Shown: positions 41,881-42,560 of the stretch, one piece after another
Numbering within the stretch: the first letter of the stretch is position 1
Layout of the letters: the number at the start of each line of letters is the position of its first letter
Origin: Pirellulales bacterium
Lineage (GTDB): Bacteria > Planctomycetota > Planctomycetia > Pirellulales > JAICIG01
Assembly: GCA_035547635.1 (NCBI GenBank)
Contig: DASZUP010000583.1
Coordinates: 1-42,560, forward strand
Direction: 5' to 3'
Length of the DNA: 42,560 bases
The notes under the pieces: generated by a model
Told to the model about the DNA's origin: nothing
The model's database searches: none
Seen by the model: only the letters and a program-made list of their open reading frames with translations
Program-made: the position numbers and the translations under genes

Positions 41881-42560
41881 ATGCAGACAGGCCGATACAC
41901 GATCGTCGCCACGGCGTGGCTGGCCATAGCCGGGTGCGGTGCGGCCGGACCGGGTATCGCCGATGATCCGCCCCGTCGCTTGCCGCCGCTGCAAGCGACG
42001 CGTGAAGAGAAACAGTCCCGCGCGCCCAGCTATATGCCGCTCTCGGACGGGGCCCGCTGGGAGTACGAAGTCGTCATCGATCTTCCGTTAGGCGCTCAAA
42101 AGCTGGCCAGCGCGGTGACCCGCGTTGACGGCCAGGTCGAGATCGCCGGCAAGAGGTACTTCAAAGTGATCATGCAGGTCCACGGAGCGCCCGTCAACCC
42201 GACACAGGTCTCGTATTATCGACCAACGGACCACGGCGTGTTCCAGATCCTGGAAGGCGAAGAAAAACAGGGCGAGTGGCTGTACTTGCCGAAGGAATTG
42301 AAAACGGGGCAAAGTTGGAACGTCGTGACTCCCGGTTCAAAATTCGACTTCGAAGTCGTCGGCCGCAACGACCTGACTTGTCTGGGAAAATCCTATCAAG
42401 ATTGCGTCGAAATCAAGGTGGAAATGCGCGGCAAGTTCGGCTCGATCACTCAACGCCAATGGCTGGCCCCCGGCGTCGGGCTGGTAAAACAAGTCGACGA
42501 CCATACGCTGTTCGACTCGACGACGGAACTGAAGAAATTCATTCGCGAAACTCGCAATTG
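41881..42560 (+). CDS. lipoprotein of unknown function, 5' partial (runs off the window end)
   Basis: Not in the ORF track because no stop occurs inside the window. Hand translation from ATG 41881 is stop-free to 42560: 'MQTGRYTIVATAWLAIAGCGAAG...PLSDGARWEYEVVIDLPLG...KRYFKVIMQVHG...GQSWNVVTPGSKFDFEVVGRN...QRQWLAPGVGLVKQVDD...'. Lipobox 'LAIAGC'. Third-position GC is high. Confidence 0.75.
   Translation, partial: MQTGRYTIVATAWLAIAGCGAAGPGIADDPPRRLPPLQATREEKQSRAPSYMPLSDGARWEYEVVIDLPLGAQKLASAVTRVDGQVEIAGKRYFKVIMQVHGAPVNPTQVSYYRPTDHGVFQILEGEEKQGEWLYLPKELKTGQSWNVVTPGSKFDFEVVGRNDLTCLGKSYQDCVEIKVEMRGKFGSITQRQWLAPGVGLVKQVDDHTLFDSTTELKKFIRETRN

Overview
GC-rich bacterial chromosomal window. By inference it comes from a Planctomycetota (Pirellulales-like) genome. 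The supporting hallmarks are a DUF1080 protein, an ECF sigma factor coupled to a Ser/Thr kinase, 'TDAGL'-type LRR proteins, an N-terminal 'RRxPLQFxLRFLF' membrane anchor and an 'LEKRxVLSS' secretion-type N-terminus. I support about 42 protein-coding genes, including one open-ended CDS at the 3' edge that the ORF track does not list, plus one tRNA-Arg(UCG). I also report three candidate stem-loops and a family of heptamer tandem repeats in intergenic DNA. I found no rRNA, CRISPR array, transposase, integrase or prophage signature.

Most of the window is housekeeping: ilvH-ilvC, sufU-sufS, tadA, hemW, scpA, a dGTPase, a HIT protein, an RNase Z-like MBL hydrolase and a YacL-like PIN/TRAM protein. 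Many adjacent genes overlap by 4 nt (ATGA or GTGA), so operon calls are fairly secure.

The most unusual content is:
(1) an ECF sigma / zinc-type anti-sigma pair whose anti-sigma ends in two CXXCH haem-c motifs;
(2) a second sigma factor coupled by a GTGA overlap to a membrane Ser/Thr kinase with a TPR ectodomain and a DFN instead of DFG motif;
(3) a coupled M81 (MlrC-like) peptidase / short MeaB-like G3E GTPase / DECR-like reductase operon with no acyl-CoA mutase;
(4) a four-gene operon joining an ABC-2 exporter to an uncharacterised 764-aa membrane protein;
(5) a lower-GC secreted protein made of four Ig-like repeats;
(6) intergenic CGGAATG/CGGAAGT heptamer arrays.

All functional calls rest on motifs read by eye from the translations. 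No database search was possible, so family names are recognition-based and every novelty claim is a hypothesis.
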